From: Candidatus Yonathbacteria bacterium RIFCSPLOWO2_01_FULL_47_33b
Lineage (GTDB): Bacteria; Patescibacteriota; Minisyncoccia; Phycocordibacterales; UBA1550
Length of the DNA: 64,000 bases
NCBI GenBank assembly: GCA_001823575.1
Contig: MHUW01000016.1
Coordinates: 2,099-66,098 of the forward strand
Direction: 5' to 3'
Part shown: positions 51,800 to 60,752 of the stretch, one piece after another
Layout of the letters: every line of letters begins with the position of its first letter
Position numbering within the stretch: position 1 is the first letter of the stretch
Program-made: the position numbers and the translations under genes
The notes under the pieces: generated by a model
The model's input: the letters and a program-made list of their open reading frames with translations, nothing else
Told to the model about the DNA's origin: nothing
Databases searched by the model: none

Positions 51800-52094
51800 T
51801 ATATGTTTCGATGCGTGTCGGTCTTAAGACCAACCGCTGACTCAGGGGTCAGTATCCAAATTTTATTATCTCCCTATTAGAGGACGCAGAATATATGGAA
51901 AGTTTGTATACTAAATATGTGAACATTAGAACGGTTTTAGGGCGAGAGTAATTCAGACTCAAATACCGTTCGATGGGTATAATATGACATTGGAGCCTCT
52001 TTAGGCCAACAGTTCCCTGTTACAAGTTCAATTCCTTGTAGGGAGTCAAGGGGTTTAATGCTTTCCTTATGGGTACTCTGAACACGGGGGCGCA

Positions 52095-52700
52095 TTATCT
52101 TAACCTTGGCAAGAAGGTGTCATTCAAATAAGTTTCTTTGAAGTTTTCTTTTCCACTTGCAGTAAGGGGTGAATCTAGTTTGTCTAAATAAAATCTCATC
52201 CCTTCAAAAATAAACTGAAAATTCAATATGTGTCTTTTTAGGTTTTCTAAATTTATATTTTGTTTTAACCTAGAATGCCTATTTGTCCTACCATCAAATA
52301 CAGTACTAATTGCGTGACCGTGAAGTAATTGATTGCGCATCGCAGAAAAATCTTTTAAGTTTCCTATTATACTATGGTATCTAGTTGCCTCTCTTAATTC
52401 CTCCTCGCTTGTGAAGTTAAATTTTGAATTATAGATGAACATAATTGTTTTATCTATAAAATTAACAGAATCTACATTCTTTATTATTTCAAATGTATCC
52501 ACATCTTTTTTAATTGACAATAGAGATAAATTTCTAAAAAAAGCATTGAGGCTAACCTCAAGCACTAAATGTAGGCTGATGAATATATCAATCATATCAT
52601 TTGCTGACAAATCAGAGTCCCTGATTAGGATCGAGCATCTTTCTTTGTTTGAGCTAATTAAATAACCTGATTCTGTTCTCATAGAAATTTCTTCATTCAT
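52095..52700 (-). CDS. HEPN/MtlR-like helical protein
   Basis: HLVLE, FIDK and R-x4-H (RNQLLH) motifs. Confidence 0.65.
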   Translation of the reverse strand: MNEEISMRTESGYLISSNKERCSILIRDSDLSANDMIDIFISLHLVLEVSLNAFFRNLSLLSIKKDVDTFEIIKNVDSVNFIDKTIMFIYNSKFNFTSEEELREATRYHSIIGNLKDFSAMRNQLLHGHAISTVFDGRTNRHSRLKQNINLENLKRHILNFQFIFEGMRFYLDKLDSPLTASGKENFKETYLNDTFLPRLR

Positions 52701-52711
52701 TATTTTTTAAT

Positions 52712-55153
52712 TTAGTTATATATGTAAGTTATGGGAGTTGGTTTATACCACCATACTTCTATCCCCAACGGTTCAAGTTTTTCTTTTAAGACCCTAATAT
52801 TATCGTCAATCAATGACCTGTTTTTACCGTCCAAAGATGCGAATATTAAAACATTAGGTTTTATTTTTTTAGCAAGCTTCAGCGCTTCTTTAAAGTGTTT
52901 TTGTTGGAACAGGTCAGAGTTTTGTTTTATTTCTCCCATAATAAATTTCCCGTCTTGTATGCAGGCAATGTCTAAGTCACCGAGATGCTTTTCTTTTCCT
53001 TTTTTGAGTCGCTGGTGCAAATCTAGGCTAGTGCTGTAGATAAAAGATGAGCGCGCGCTATCGTACAACTCTCCAAGAGTAAGGAGTACGGGTATTAATC
53101 CATGTTGACTTACTCCGTCTTGCACAAGATTATTGAGTCTATAGAACCAAGGCTGTTCAGGTGGAAGATCAAAGACGTTGCCACATCCACGACACTCTGA
53201 TTTTTGCCGAATTTCGTTAATTTGATACCAATTTGAATATCCGCAAAATGGGCAATGTGGCTTAACTCCCACTAATAGAATATTTCGCTCAACCAATTTC
53301 TCAATGTCTTCTTCAATGTCTTCTTTTATTTCTTTGATTCTATTTTTACTCAACTTAATAACCCTGCCTTCTTTTTGAAGTGCTTCTTGCAGTTGTTTTA
53401 TTCGTTCACTCAAAAACACTGAGAATGTAATCTCCCTCCCTAGCTTACCGTGCTCCTTGGAGAGGCGTAGGATGTATTCAGTAAGCCATTTAATTTCGTT
53501 GTTCCTCTCCGCTTTATTTTTAGGGATTGCCTTTAGACTCTTATGCAATTTGTTTGAAATATTTCTTTTTTTTGCCTCCTCATTTGATTTATCGCTAAGA
53601 GCTAACATCTCAAAAACATTCCCCCAGAAAGGTTCTCTAAATTGAGAGAAAGCTGGCCACAGTCCGCCAAATAACCCAACGAGCCCATCGAGGTACCTAC
53701 CCTTATCAGAACGGCTGGTGTTAAAGTATGTCTTATTGTCAATCAAGGAAGCTCGAGGGTCACCTGTGTAGATAGGTCGATTGTGCCCATAAATAAACAA
53801 TCGGATTATATCCCTGTCTTCGGGTATTTTTATTGTTAAGTTTGATTCGTCAGGCCTAAAAGAAGATTTTGTTTCCATCAGAACGCTAGGTATCCCATTT
53901 TTTTGAATACGAGCAATTTTATTAGGGAAAAAACTATGGGCAATGTGGTTTCGATTAGGAAGTCTCCACCAATGTCTAATGTTTGTATAACTGTATCTTT
54001 CGGGCCTATATTGAATATGAACATCTAACATCCAATTACCACCCTGGACACCCTCTGGTAATTGGAGATCATTAATTACTATATTTTCTTCGTTGCTATA
54101 TGCCTGATAGAGCTCCATCCCTTGTCGAACACTGAAGTAGTTCTTATCCAAACCATAGTCTGGGAATACTTGTGTTGGTTTAAGGACCTCTACTCTTTTT
54201 CCAGCCCATACTTTCTCCCCTAAAGAGTCAGCTATTTTTTTCAGCCTCTTTTCTGTAAGTGAGAAACTCACAAATTTAATATATTTTCCATTGTTACTGT
54301 TCCCAACTTGTGCTGCTCTACGTTGAAAATAAAGCTGCAACCCTTCTTTCAGTTTTTCGTCTTCGGCTAATTCTGCAGGAAGCCAGATATGGCAAATATC
54401 AGGGCGTAGCCAATGCGGGACAGAGAGACTCCGATTCCAATAATGAACTAGATCATAGGGTGAATTGCCAACAATAACAGTAAATTGCTCGTTGTCGTGG
54501 TTATACTCAACATCTCTTGCGTTATTTGGGAAAGTAGAAAGTTGTACTGGATAAACTGGATGTTTTTGCATCTTTGATAAGTCGCCTAATGCTACATTAA
54601 TACTTTCTGATGTATCGAGGTTAAAAATTTGTTTGGGGTCAACCTTTTCTCCGATATGTTCAATCATCCATTCGTCATAAGTGCCAAAATTAAAGTGTAC
54701 AAATTGTTTTTGTTTATCATCAGTAATGTTTTTTATATTGAATAACACGAAAGTCGAGGGCTGATAGGCATGTGTAGACGAAAGCCTAGAGATCAAGTCT
54801 TTGGTTGGCTTGTTTATTGAGATATCTTGCCCATATCCGCTTATGTGTTCGTTTGAGTCTTGTGTCTCAACTACATACGGAGACAACCAGTCTTCAATTT
54901 TTTGAAGCAAAACTTTTTCTGGTTTGAGTAAAATTTTGATGACATCAGGGTCGAAATCTTTTAAGAATTCCCATCCTTCGTTGGTCAGATTTTTTCCATC
55001 CGTAAAAACAACTGGATTAAAACGCCCGTTATATTTATTTAAATTAAAATCAAAAATTTTAGAAAAGCTTTCACACGTAAATTCCTTAGGATTAACCAAG
55101 AAAGCGGTTTTAACCGGTCTTTTATTGAAATAAATGGGGTATGGGGTGCTCAT
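52712..55153 (-). CDS. 813-aa protein with C-terminal Zn finger and PD-(D/E)XK-like nuclease
   Basis: CPFC...CRGC followed by GDLD...GEIK. Confidence 0.7.
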   Translation of the reverse strand: MSTPYPIYFNKRPVKTAFLVNPKEFTCESFSKIFDFNLNKYNGRFNPVVFTDGKNLTNEGWEFLKDFDPDVIKILLKPEKVLLQKIEDWLSPYVVETQDSNEHISGYGQDISINKPTKDLISRLSSTHAYQPSTFVLFNIKNITDDKQKQFVHFNFGTYDEWMIEHIGEKVDPKQIFNLDTSESINVALGDLSKMQKHPVYPVQLSTFPNNARDVEYNHDNEQFTVIVGNSPYDLVHYWNRSLSVPHWLRPDICHIWLPAELAEDEKLKEGLQLYFQRRAAQVGNSNNGKYIKFVSFSLTEKRLKKIADSLGEKVWAGKRVEVLKPTQVFPDYGLDKNYFSVRQGMELYQAYSNEENIVINDLQLPEGVQGGNWMLDVHIQYRPERYSYTNIRHWWRLPNRNHIAHSFFPNKIARIQKNGIPSVLMETKSSFRPDESNLTIKIPEDRDIIRLFIYGHNRPIYTGDPRASLIDNKTYFNTSRSDKGRYLDGLVGLFGGLWPAFSQFREPFWGNVFEMLALSDKSNEEAKKRNISNKLHKSLKAIPKNKAERNNEIKWLTEYILRLSKEHGKLGREITFSVFLSERIKQLQEALQKEGRVIKLSKNRIKEIKEDIEEDIEKLVERNILLVGVKPHCPFCGYSNWYQINEIRQKSECRGCGNVFDLPPEQPWFYRLNNLVQDGVSQHGLIPVLLTLGELYDSARSSFIYSTSLDLHQRLKKGKEKHLGDLDIACIQDGKFIMGEIKQNSDLFQQKHFKEALKLAKKIKPNVLIFASLDGKNRSLIDDNIRVLKEKLEPLGIEVWWYKPTPITYIYN

Positions 55154-55187
55154 ATCAAAACTCTATCATTTTTAGTTCTTTTAAAGA

Positions 55188-56285
55188 GAGTTAATTAACA
55201 AATAGTGTTGGTGTCATTTCCAAAAGAGCAAGGTGAAACCTTGCTCTTTTCCGCATTTGGAACACAATTATGGAATGACCATCCATAATCACACAAAAAA
55301 AACGCTGTTTGAGATGCAAGAAGAGGATGATTCGCTGGGGATCAACCAAGCAAGGAAAGCAAAGATTTAGGTGTGCAGAATGCCTGCACACAGGGATCAA
55401 AAAACGTCCTGATACGGAGGAAAAGAATCGAGAGATTTTGTTTGAACGATGGCTACTAAAAACGGAGACCCTCGAACGACTGGCTCATGCGCGCCACACC
55501 AAGCCGTCAGCATTAGTGAAGTCATTTAGTAATTTTTGGAGCAAGGAGATTGAACCGCTGCCCTACCAAGGGAATGGTCGCATCCTGATTGTTGACGGCA
55601 TCATCATTGAGCGGGGCGCTTGTGTCCTCATTGCGATTGACGGAGAGGGTATCCCCATCACATGGCTGTCGTGCCGAAGAGAAAATTTTGACAGTTGGAT
55701 TCGACTGTTTGAGTTGGCAAAAAGGGAGGGGGTTCGCAGTCCCTCAGTCATCATCTCAGACGCGCAAAAAGGCTTGCTGGGGGCGATGAAGTGGGAATTC
55801 CCTTTAACTCCCCACCAACGATGCCTCACGCACGTTGTTCGTCTTGCTCAGGCATGGCTTACCAGAAATCCAAAAACAATTGCTGGGCAAGATCTGCGCT
55901 TGTTGGTTGGCACATTGTATGGAATTAAAACGAGAGACGATGCTTTGTTCTTCACGAAACAATTTGATGCATGGAAAACAAAGCATCATCATTTTCTCAA
56001 AGAGATGAGCCTCTTTCCTGAAACAAAAAGACGATGGTACACCCATCGTCGACTGCGGGGAGTGAGGTCGCTTCTCATAGGTGCTCTCCCTAACATTTTT
56101 ACCTTTCTGGAAATCCCTGATACGCCAAGAACAACCAATCAACTTGAGGGAGGGGTGAACAGTCCGATCAAGGCTCTTTTGAGGCATCATCGTGGCATGT
56201 CGACAGCCCACCGACAAGCACTTGTTTTTCGTTTTTTGCGAGCGCGACAGAAGAAGAAATACCAACACTAAATGTTAATTAACCC
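55188..56285 (+). mobile_element. IS256-like insertion sequence
   Basis: 25-bp IRs with 3 mismatches (GAGTTAATTAACAAATAGTGTTGGT); 8-bp target duplication TTTAAAGA at 55180-55187 and 56286-56293. Confidence 0.92.
55309..56271 (+). CDS. Mutator/IS256-type DDE transposase
   Basis: Zn ribbon, VDG, ISDAQKG, QRCLTH and TTNQLEG motifs. Confidence 0.9.
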   Translation: MRCKKRMIRWGSTKQGKQRFRCAECLHTGIKKRPDTEEKNREILFERWLLKTETLERLAHARHTKPSALVKSFSNFWSKEIEPLPYQGNGRILIVDGIIIERGACVLIAIDGEGIPITWLSCRRENFDSWIRLFELAKREGVRSPSVIISDAQKGLLGAMKWEFPLTPHQRCLTHVVRLAQAWLTRNPKTIAGQDLRLLVGTLYGIKTRDDALFFTKQFDAWKTKHHHFLKEMSLFPETKRRWYTHRRLRGVRSLLIGALPNIFTFLEIPDTPRTTNQLEGGVNSPIKALLRHHRGMSTAHRQALVFRFLRARQKKKYQH

Positions 56286-56309
56286 TTTAAAGAACAGGGC
56301 CAATTTATT

Positions 56310-56453
56310 CTACAACCCCTCCATAAGCGTTCCTTAAACCATCCTTGAACCTTCCTATAACCGACCAGGAACCAACCCGCTACCGTCTGTAAGCCATCTG
56401 GGAACCGACACTTTGTTTATCCTTATACTGTCCTATAAGCGACCCATAACCGA
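56310..56453. repeat. Degenerate 11-bp tandem array
   Basis: Nine in-phase units at 56310-56408 and three at 56421-56453; consensus about CCNNNAACCNN. Confidence 0.85.
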
Positions 56454-56594
56454 CTTAGAGGGATTTGACCGTATTTAAAACCGCGTACAATCGGTTGTGC
56501 TGGGCGGAATACGTTGAGAGGTAAAATGGTACTACTTCGACTATCAACTATGGTTTACGAAAGGACTAGAGGGTGATAAGAAGGGGCTTAGTGT

Positions 56595-57230
56595 TTATGG
56601 ATTAAGGTTTCCAACATTATCATCTAAGGGTGGAGGGAGATCTAATGGGTCAAGGAGCTTAAATGAGTTATCTTCCCACAAGAAATAGTATGGGCGGACT
56701 TCGACAAGGTCTCGTCCTGGTGGATTTGTACAGCCTGTTTCTTTAGCTATTTTTTTAATTAACCAAAGAGGGTCGACAATAAGGAGGTTGCTATCTTTTT
56801 TATATTCAAAACCCATATTGGCAACATAGGGGAATGGGTACGCTTTGCCCGTGTTAGTATCTACGACTGCGAGCTCGTTACCAATCCCTGTGAAGCCCCA
56901 TTCTGCAATGACATAGTGCCCTGCAAAGTTTACATCATTTTTTAATGCCTCGTTGATCGTTGTCTTAAATCTGCGAGCAATGAAACTACTGTTGAGGTCT
57001 AATGGTGCTGTTGCCCCCGTAAAGATGTCTTCTGGTGGGTACTGTTCAAAAGTTGTAAAAGGTTTTTCATTGCCCCAGTTGGTAGCTATTTCGTCGGAAC
57101 ATTGGATATCAAAGGATTCGCTAGTAGTTTTCTCTTTATAGCGCAAACCCAAAAACATAATCCCAACAATAGACAGAGCCAGGCACACAATAGCTGTTTC
57201 GTTGATTGTAGGATGTTTCTTAAATTTCAT
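56595..57230 (-). CDS. Membrane-anchored exported hypothetical protein
   Basis: Signal anchor; NFAGHYVIAEWG...DTNTG. Confidence 0.7.
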   Translation of the reverse strand: MKFKKHPTINETAIVCLALSIVGIMFLGLRYKEKTTSESFDIQCSDEIATNWGNEKPFTTFEQYPPEDIFTGATAPLDLNSSFIARRFKTTINEALKNDVNFAGHYVIAEWGFTGIGNELAVVDTNTGKAYPFPYVANMGFEYKKDSNLLIVDPLWLIKKIAKETGCTNPPGRDLVEVRPYYFLWEDNSFKLLDPLDLPPPLDDNVGNLNP

Positions 57231-57246
57231 ATTTTTATAGATAGAG

Positions 57247-57900
57247 TTACTGCTTATCTTCCACCTCAATATAGCCAATTTGTTGCTCAAAGATGGGAAC
57301 AAATAGACCATTTTTATAGACAAATCGTGTTCTGGTATTTCCCGTTGCACAGCACCTCCCTCCTGGAAAATCCTCATTTTTGTACCAGTTAGCATAAAAA
57401 CCATTGAGGGTTGCTGTGGAGTCTATCCAACCCCCATCTGTCACAAGTGTAAAGATAACTTTGCCACCCTTTACTACTTCTTGCCGATCAGGGCAGTGAT
57501 TTGCCCCATCAGAGCAAATACTAACTATTCGTTCCTTGTTCCCGTCGTTATCTACATCAAAGTAAGCAGCGTCAGAACTAACCTCCCCATCTTTTAGCAG
57601 TTGTTCAGTAGTGGAAGCCTGGTGTTTTTCGTTAGAATAAGAATCATTAGAAATTGTTATGACTGTCGTCGGATATGAGCGAGACTCTACCTCGCCTGAA
57701 AATTGTGCCCAAGTGTCGGTTCCACCGAGCCACCCACCTTCAGGGAAGTATTTTAAGGGGAAGTTCAGTGTCTGTTTGTCTGTCTCTTTTTCTAATTTTT
57801 GAGTTGAAGTCTTTTGTGTGTACAAAAAAGTTAAGACAATAAGAAGTAACACTGAGCAAGCGATGGCCGTCTCATTAAGTTTTAGATATTTTTTGAGCAT
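57247..57900 (-). CDS. Membrane-anchored exported hypothetical protein
   Basis: Signal anchor; DVDNDGNKE Ca-binding-like loop; Cys pairs. Confidence 0.7.
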   Translation of the reverse strand: MLKKYLKLNETAIACSVLLLIVLTFLYTQKTSTQKLEKETDKQTLNFPLKYFPEGGWLGGTDTWAQFSGEVESRSYPTTVITISNDSYSNEKHQASTTEQLLKDGEVSSDAAYFDVDNDGNKERIVSICSDGANHCPDRQEVVKGGKVIFTLVTDGGWIDSTATLNGFYANWYKNEDFPGGRCCATGNTRTRFVYKNGLFVPIFEQQIGYIEVEDKQ

Positions 57901-57913
57901 ATTTAGGAGTTAT

Positions 57914-58831
57914 TTATCTTTTAGCGCAAACTCTTCCGTAAAGACCATCGTAGCAGTGAATTTGATAGGAGCTTCCGTCTGGCGTATGAGCCGTTCCGAA
58001 ATCTGTGTTTAGTTCATCCATGCGAAATTCTATTTTTTGAGGGAACGAACTTGGTGCATTTGTAGGGACAGACAGGTCTTGCAGTAAGGGTCTTTGCATG
58101 TAATCACTCAAACTGCTAGCCCCACTGTAGTTTATACTTTGACTCGTCGGAGTATCGATATGCAAAGATCTGTTTGGGCGATATGAATCATCGACAGCAG
58201 AAGATGCTTGGATCCGTGCGATTTCCATCTGTATCTCAAGTGTGCAGTACTCATCAAGGCATTCGTTACCCTTGAAGGTAAGGTTTTTCTTTACTGTAAC
58301 TTGATTCTTTTCGGTTGCTAATAATTCTTGGTGTGCGAAATACAGACGATCGGCCGTATCTCCTTTGTGTTGGTCGAAGTTTTCCCACCACTTATCATCT
58401 AGTTGTTTGTATGCCGACCCTTCTCCTGTGCCATACTTAGGGTCGTATTTTTTGTATGTTTTGAAAAACTTGATTACCTTATCCTTAGCTTCTGGGTTTA
58501 AAATTTTGTATCCCTCGTCGGCAAGCACCAATCTTTCCCAGAGTAACACATCTTCTTTTTTAGCCTTTATTTTGGCTTCTTGTTCTTCAAGTTCCCTCAT
58601 CTCTTTGTCTGTAAGAAAATCTGGTGCAGTGAAACTATTTTCAGGTTTCATAGTTTCTTCGTCGGGCTTAAACCCATCAAGGCTTTGGGATGAAATCGGT
58701 TCCATAGTTTTCGGAGGTACTACGACTGTTTGCTTAAAAAAGTTCCAACTAAAAGGGTTCCACCAAGATGCGTAGCTTACTGTTGGATAGGCGAATGTTA
58801 TGAGTATCGCTGTAAATAAAATCTTTTTCAT
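57914..58831 (-). CDS. Secreted hypothetical protein
   Basis: Signal peptide followed by ASWWNPFSW. Confidence 0.75.
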   Translation of the reverse strand: MKKILFTAILITFAYPTVSYASWWNPFSWNFFKQTVVVPPKTMEPISSQSLDGFKPDEETMKPENSFTAPDFLTDKEMRELEEQEAKIKAKKEDVLLWERLVLADEGYKILNPEAKDKVIKFFKTYKKYDPKYGTGEGSAYKQLDDKWWENFDQHKGDTADRLYFAHQELLATEKNQVTVKKNLTFKGNECLDEYCTLEIQMEIARIQASSAVDDSYRPNRSLHIDTPTSQSINYSGASSLSDYMQRPLLQDLSVPTNAPSSFPQKIEFRMDELNTDFGTAHTPDGSSYQIHCYDGLYGRVCAKR

Positions 58832-58840
58832 ATCTCTGTG

Positions 58841-59011
58841 TTAATTTCGGCTTAAGACAAAGGTGGTAACCCCCAGTGCCATAAATAACCCACCACCAAT
58901 CACTGCGCCAAGAGATGATCCGCTATCTATGCTTGCAAATATACCCAGAAAAACCGCCCAAACTCCAATGAGTATTGATAAACTCCCTAGAATTTTTGTG
59001 AATGTGTTCAT
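58841..59011 (-). CDS. 56-aa two-TM membrane peptide (not in the ORF track)
   Basis: Translated by hand: MNTFTKILGSLSILIGVWAVFLGIFASIDSGSSLGAVIGGGLFMALGVTTFVLSRN; 9-bp gaps to both neighbours. Confidence 0.7.
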   Translation of the reverse strand: MNTFTKILGSLSILIGVWAVFLGIFASIDSGSSLGAVIGGGLFMALGVTTFVLSRN

Positions 59012-59020
59012 ATTTTTATT

Positions 59021-59761
59021 TTAAGTTCTACTTTGGTTATGGACAACCGAGTTATCCGCATTACCTCCTTCGTGTCGTCGTTTCCATCGATCTTTGTTCT
59101 CTTGTGTGTGCGTTATGCAGTTTTCGTCTGTGCAATTAACAGCAAGGCATTTTGCGCAAAGAGGTTCGTCGCAGAGGCATATTTTTGTAGAGCCTGAATT
59201 TTTAGTATTTTTTAAACTATCAACGAGGTTTTGCAAATCTCTATAGAAACTATAACCCCAGAGCACTTTATCTGTTTCTCTTAAGGTGCCTAGATTAAAT
59301 TGTTTTTGTATCGCAAGACACCACCCTCGGTACTCGAAGTATTTTTCTGGTGTCCAGTTGTCTGGGTTTATCTTTATTTCTTCTTCATTATAAATATCTT
59401 TGATTGAATCTACGGCTCGATAGTCAGCAATAGTAAAGTCTTTAGGGAAGCAAACAGACAAAACAGCAGAAGCAATGGGTATCCCTATCCCATCGATATC
59501 AGTAAGTAGTGCTAGTCTTTCTTTGTCGTCCTTTGTTTTAAAAATATCATTTGTTAGTTCTTCGATAGATTTCTTCGATTTCAAAATACCCTTTAAAACT
59601 TTCGTTTTTGACCTGTTGGATTTCCAAATTATGATTGAAAAAAATTCTTGTTCAGTTAGGCTTTTGTTGGATTTAAAATTCTCACTAATCTCATTAAAAA
59701 GATACTCTTCTAAAGAATAGTATTGTTCGTAGGTGTTTAAATTTTCTATAGTTTTTTGCAT
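59021..59761 (-). CDS. HhH-GPD-like DNA glycosylase-like protein with Cys-rich tail
   Basis: IIIWKSNR, LTDIDGIGIPIASAVL...DYR, and CLCDEPLCAKC...C...C..H. Confidence 0.65.
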   Translation of the reverse strand: MQKTIENLNTYEQYYSLEEYLFNEISENFKSNKSLTEQEFFSIIIWKSNRSKTKVLKGILKSKKSIEELTNDIFKTKDDKERLALLTDIDGIGIPIASAVLSVCFPKDFTIADYRAVDSIKDIYNEEEIKINPDNWTPEKYFEYRGWCLAIQKQFNLGTLRETDKVLWGYSFYRDLQNLVDSLKNTKNSGSTKICLCDEPLCAKCLAVNCTDENCITHTQENKDRWKRRHEGGNADNSVVHNQSRT

Positions 59762-59764
59762 ACA

Positions 59765-59906
59765 AAAAGCCCACCACATGAGTAACGACCGAAATCGTTC
59801 ATACAAGTTTCCCTGTATGGCCCGGAAAGACAACCCCATATGATGGGTTTTTTACGTCTTTCCGGGACTTTTTCGCCATGCCACTGATTACTCAAGGGTT
59901 TAGGCT
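59765..59906 (-). ncRNA. Putative structured leader RNA
   Basis: Nested stems including an 11-bp perfect helix and GAAA and TTCG tetraloop hairpins. Confidence 0.5.
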
Positions 59907-59999
59907 ACTTCTTTATTCAGTTGTACTTAAATCCTAACAGTTTTACGGTTGAATGGGAAGAAATCTGGTTTTTACGTTGTTTTTGGTATGATTACTACA

Positions 60000-60752
60000 A
60001 TGAGTGACAATCTGCACAGAAACATAGACTGGGATAAATTAAATAAAGTTCTCGCAAAAGAAGGAACAATTAAAGAAGAACTTTCTGGGGAACTTTTTAA
60101 TCTAGCAGATGGTATCAGTCCTGCTTACCGTAAAAATTTGACCACCAGAGAAATTCAGCTTGGCTTCTTCATTGCAGGAAGCACAACAAAAGAAACAATC
60201 GAGGATGAAGCTGTTGGGAATATTAAATTAACATATTTAGAGAGTCTTCAAAAAAGCAACATCATTGAATTTGTAAAACCAAAAACGACACGCGGGGACG
60301 AGTCTGGGAATAACGACATCTTCTTTCACTCTGCTGAAATAGTTTTTTACCCCAACAAACTCATGGGCTTCCTAAAAAAAGACCTCTCTTCTTTTGGTCA
60401 AAAAGTAGACCAATTAGCCTACTCTGAGCATGGCATTGGGTTCTTATCACTGAATGGGCAGAAGGTCCAAATTGGTTCTGACAAAAATATCAATTTCAAA
60501 CTACTAGAAACATTGTGTCCATTTGGTGAAGAAAAAGCGATGGAGACTGTATTCAGAGCCACGACCACCAGTAGATCAAAACATATAAATTCAAACTTAT
60601 CTCCCCTAGAAAAGCAAGGGGTTCTTCGTATGAGGATTAAAGAATTGCAGGACATACTCAAAAAAGAGGGTGTAAGGGTAACCTTAGGGTTTAACCACAA
60701 AGCAGGAACAGTCTACTTAAAAGAAAAGGAAGAGGGAGTGGAGGGGAAATAG
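60000..60752 (+). CDS. Hypothetical protein, possible C-terminal winged-helix regulator
   Basis: C-terminal FKLLETL...LRMRIKELQDIL resembles OmpR-type wHTH (inference). Confidence 0.6.
   Translation: MSDNLHRNIDWDKLNKVLAKEGTIKEELSGELFNLADGISPAYRKNLTTREIQLGFFIAGSTTKETIEDEAVGNIKLTYLESLQKSNIIEFVKPKTTRGDESGNNDIFFHSAEIVFYPNKLMGFLKKDLSSFGQKVDQLAYSEHGIGFLSLNGQKVQIGSDKNINFKLLETLCPFGEEKAMETVFRATTTSRSKHINSNLSPLEKQGVLRMRIKELQDILKKEGVRVTLGFNHKAGTVYLKEKEEGVEGK

Noticed and set aside
52021-52045. Second att site or tRNA fragment of tRNA-His
   Set aside because: Only the TTCAATTCC loop matches; the stems differ and the orientation is opposite to the tRNA
55270-55278. Genetic code 25 (TGA = Gly)
   Set aside because: Long conserved genes have no in-frame TGA, and several ORFs end sensibly at TGA
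56310-56453. CRISPR array
   Set aside because: Units are 11 bp, degenerate and contiguous, with no spacers and no cas genes in the window
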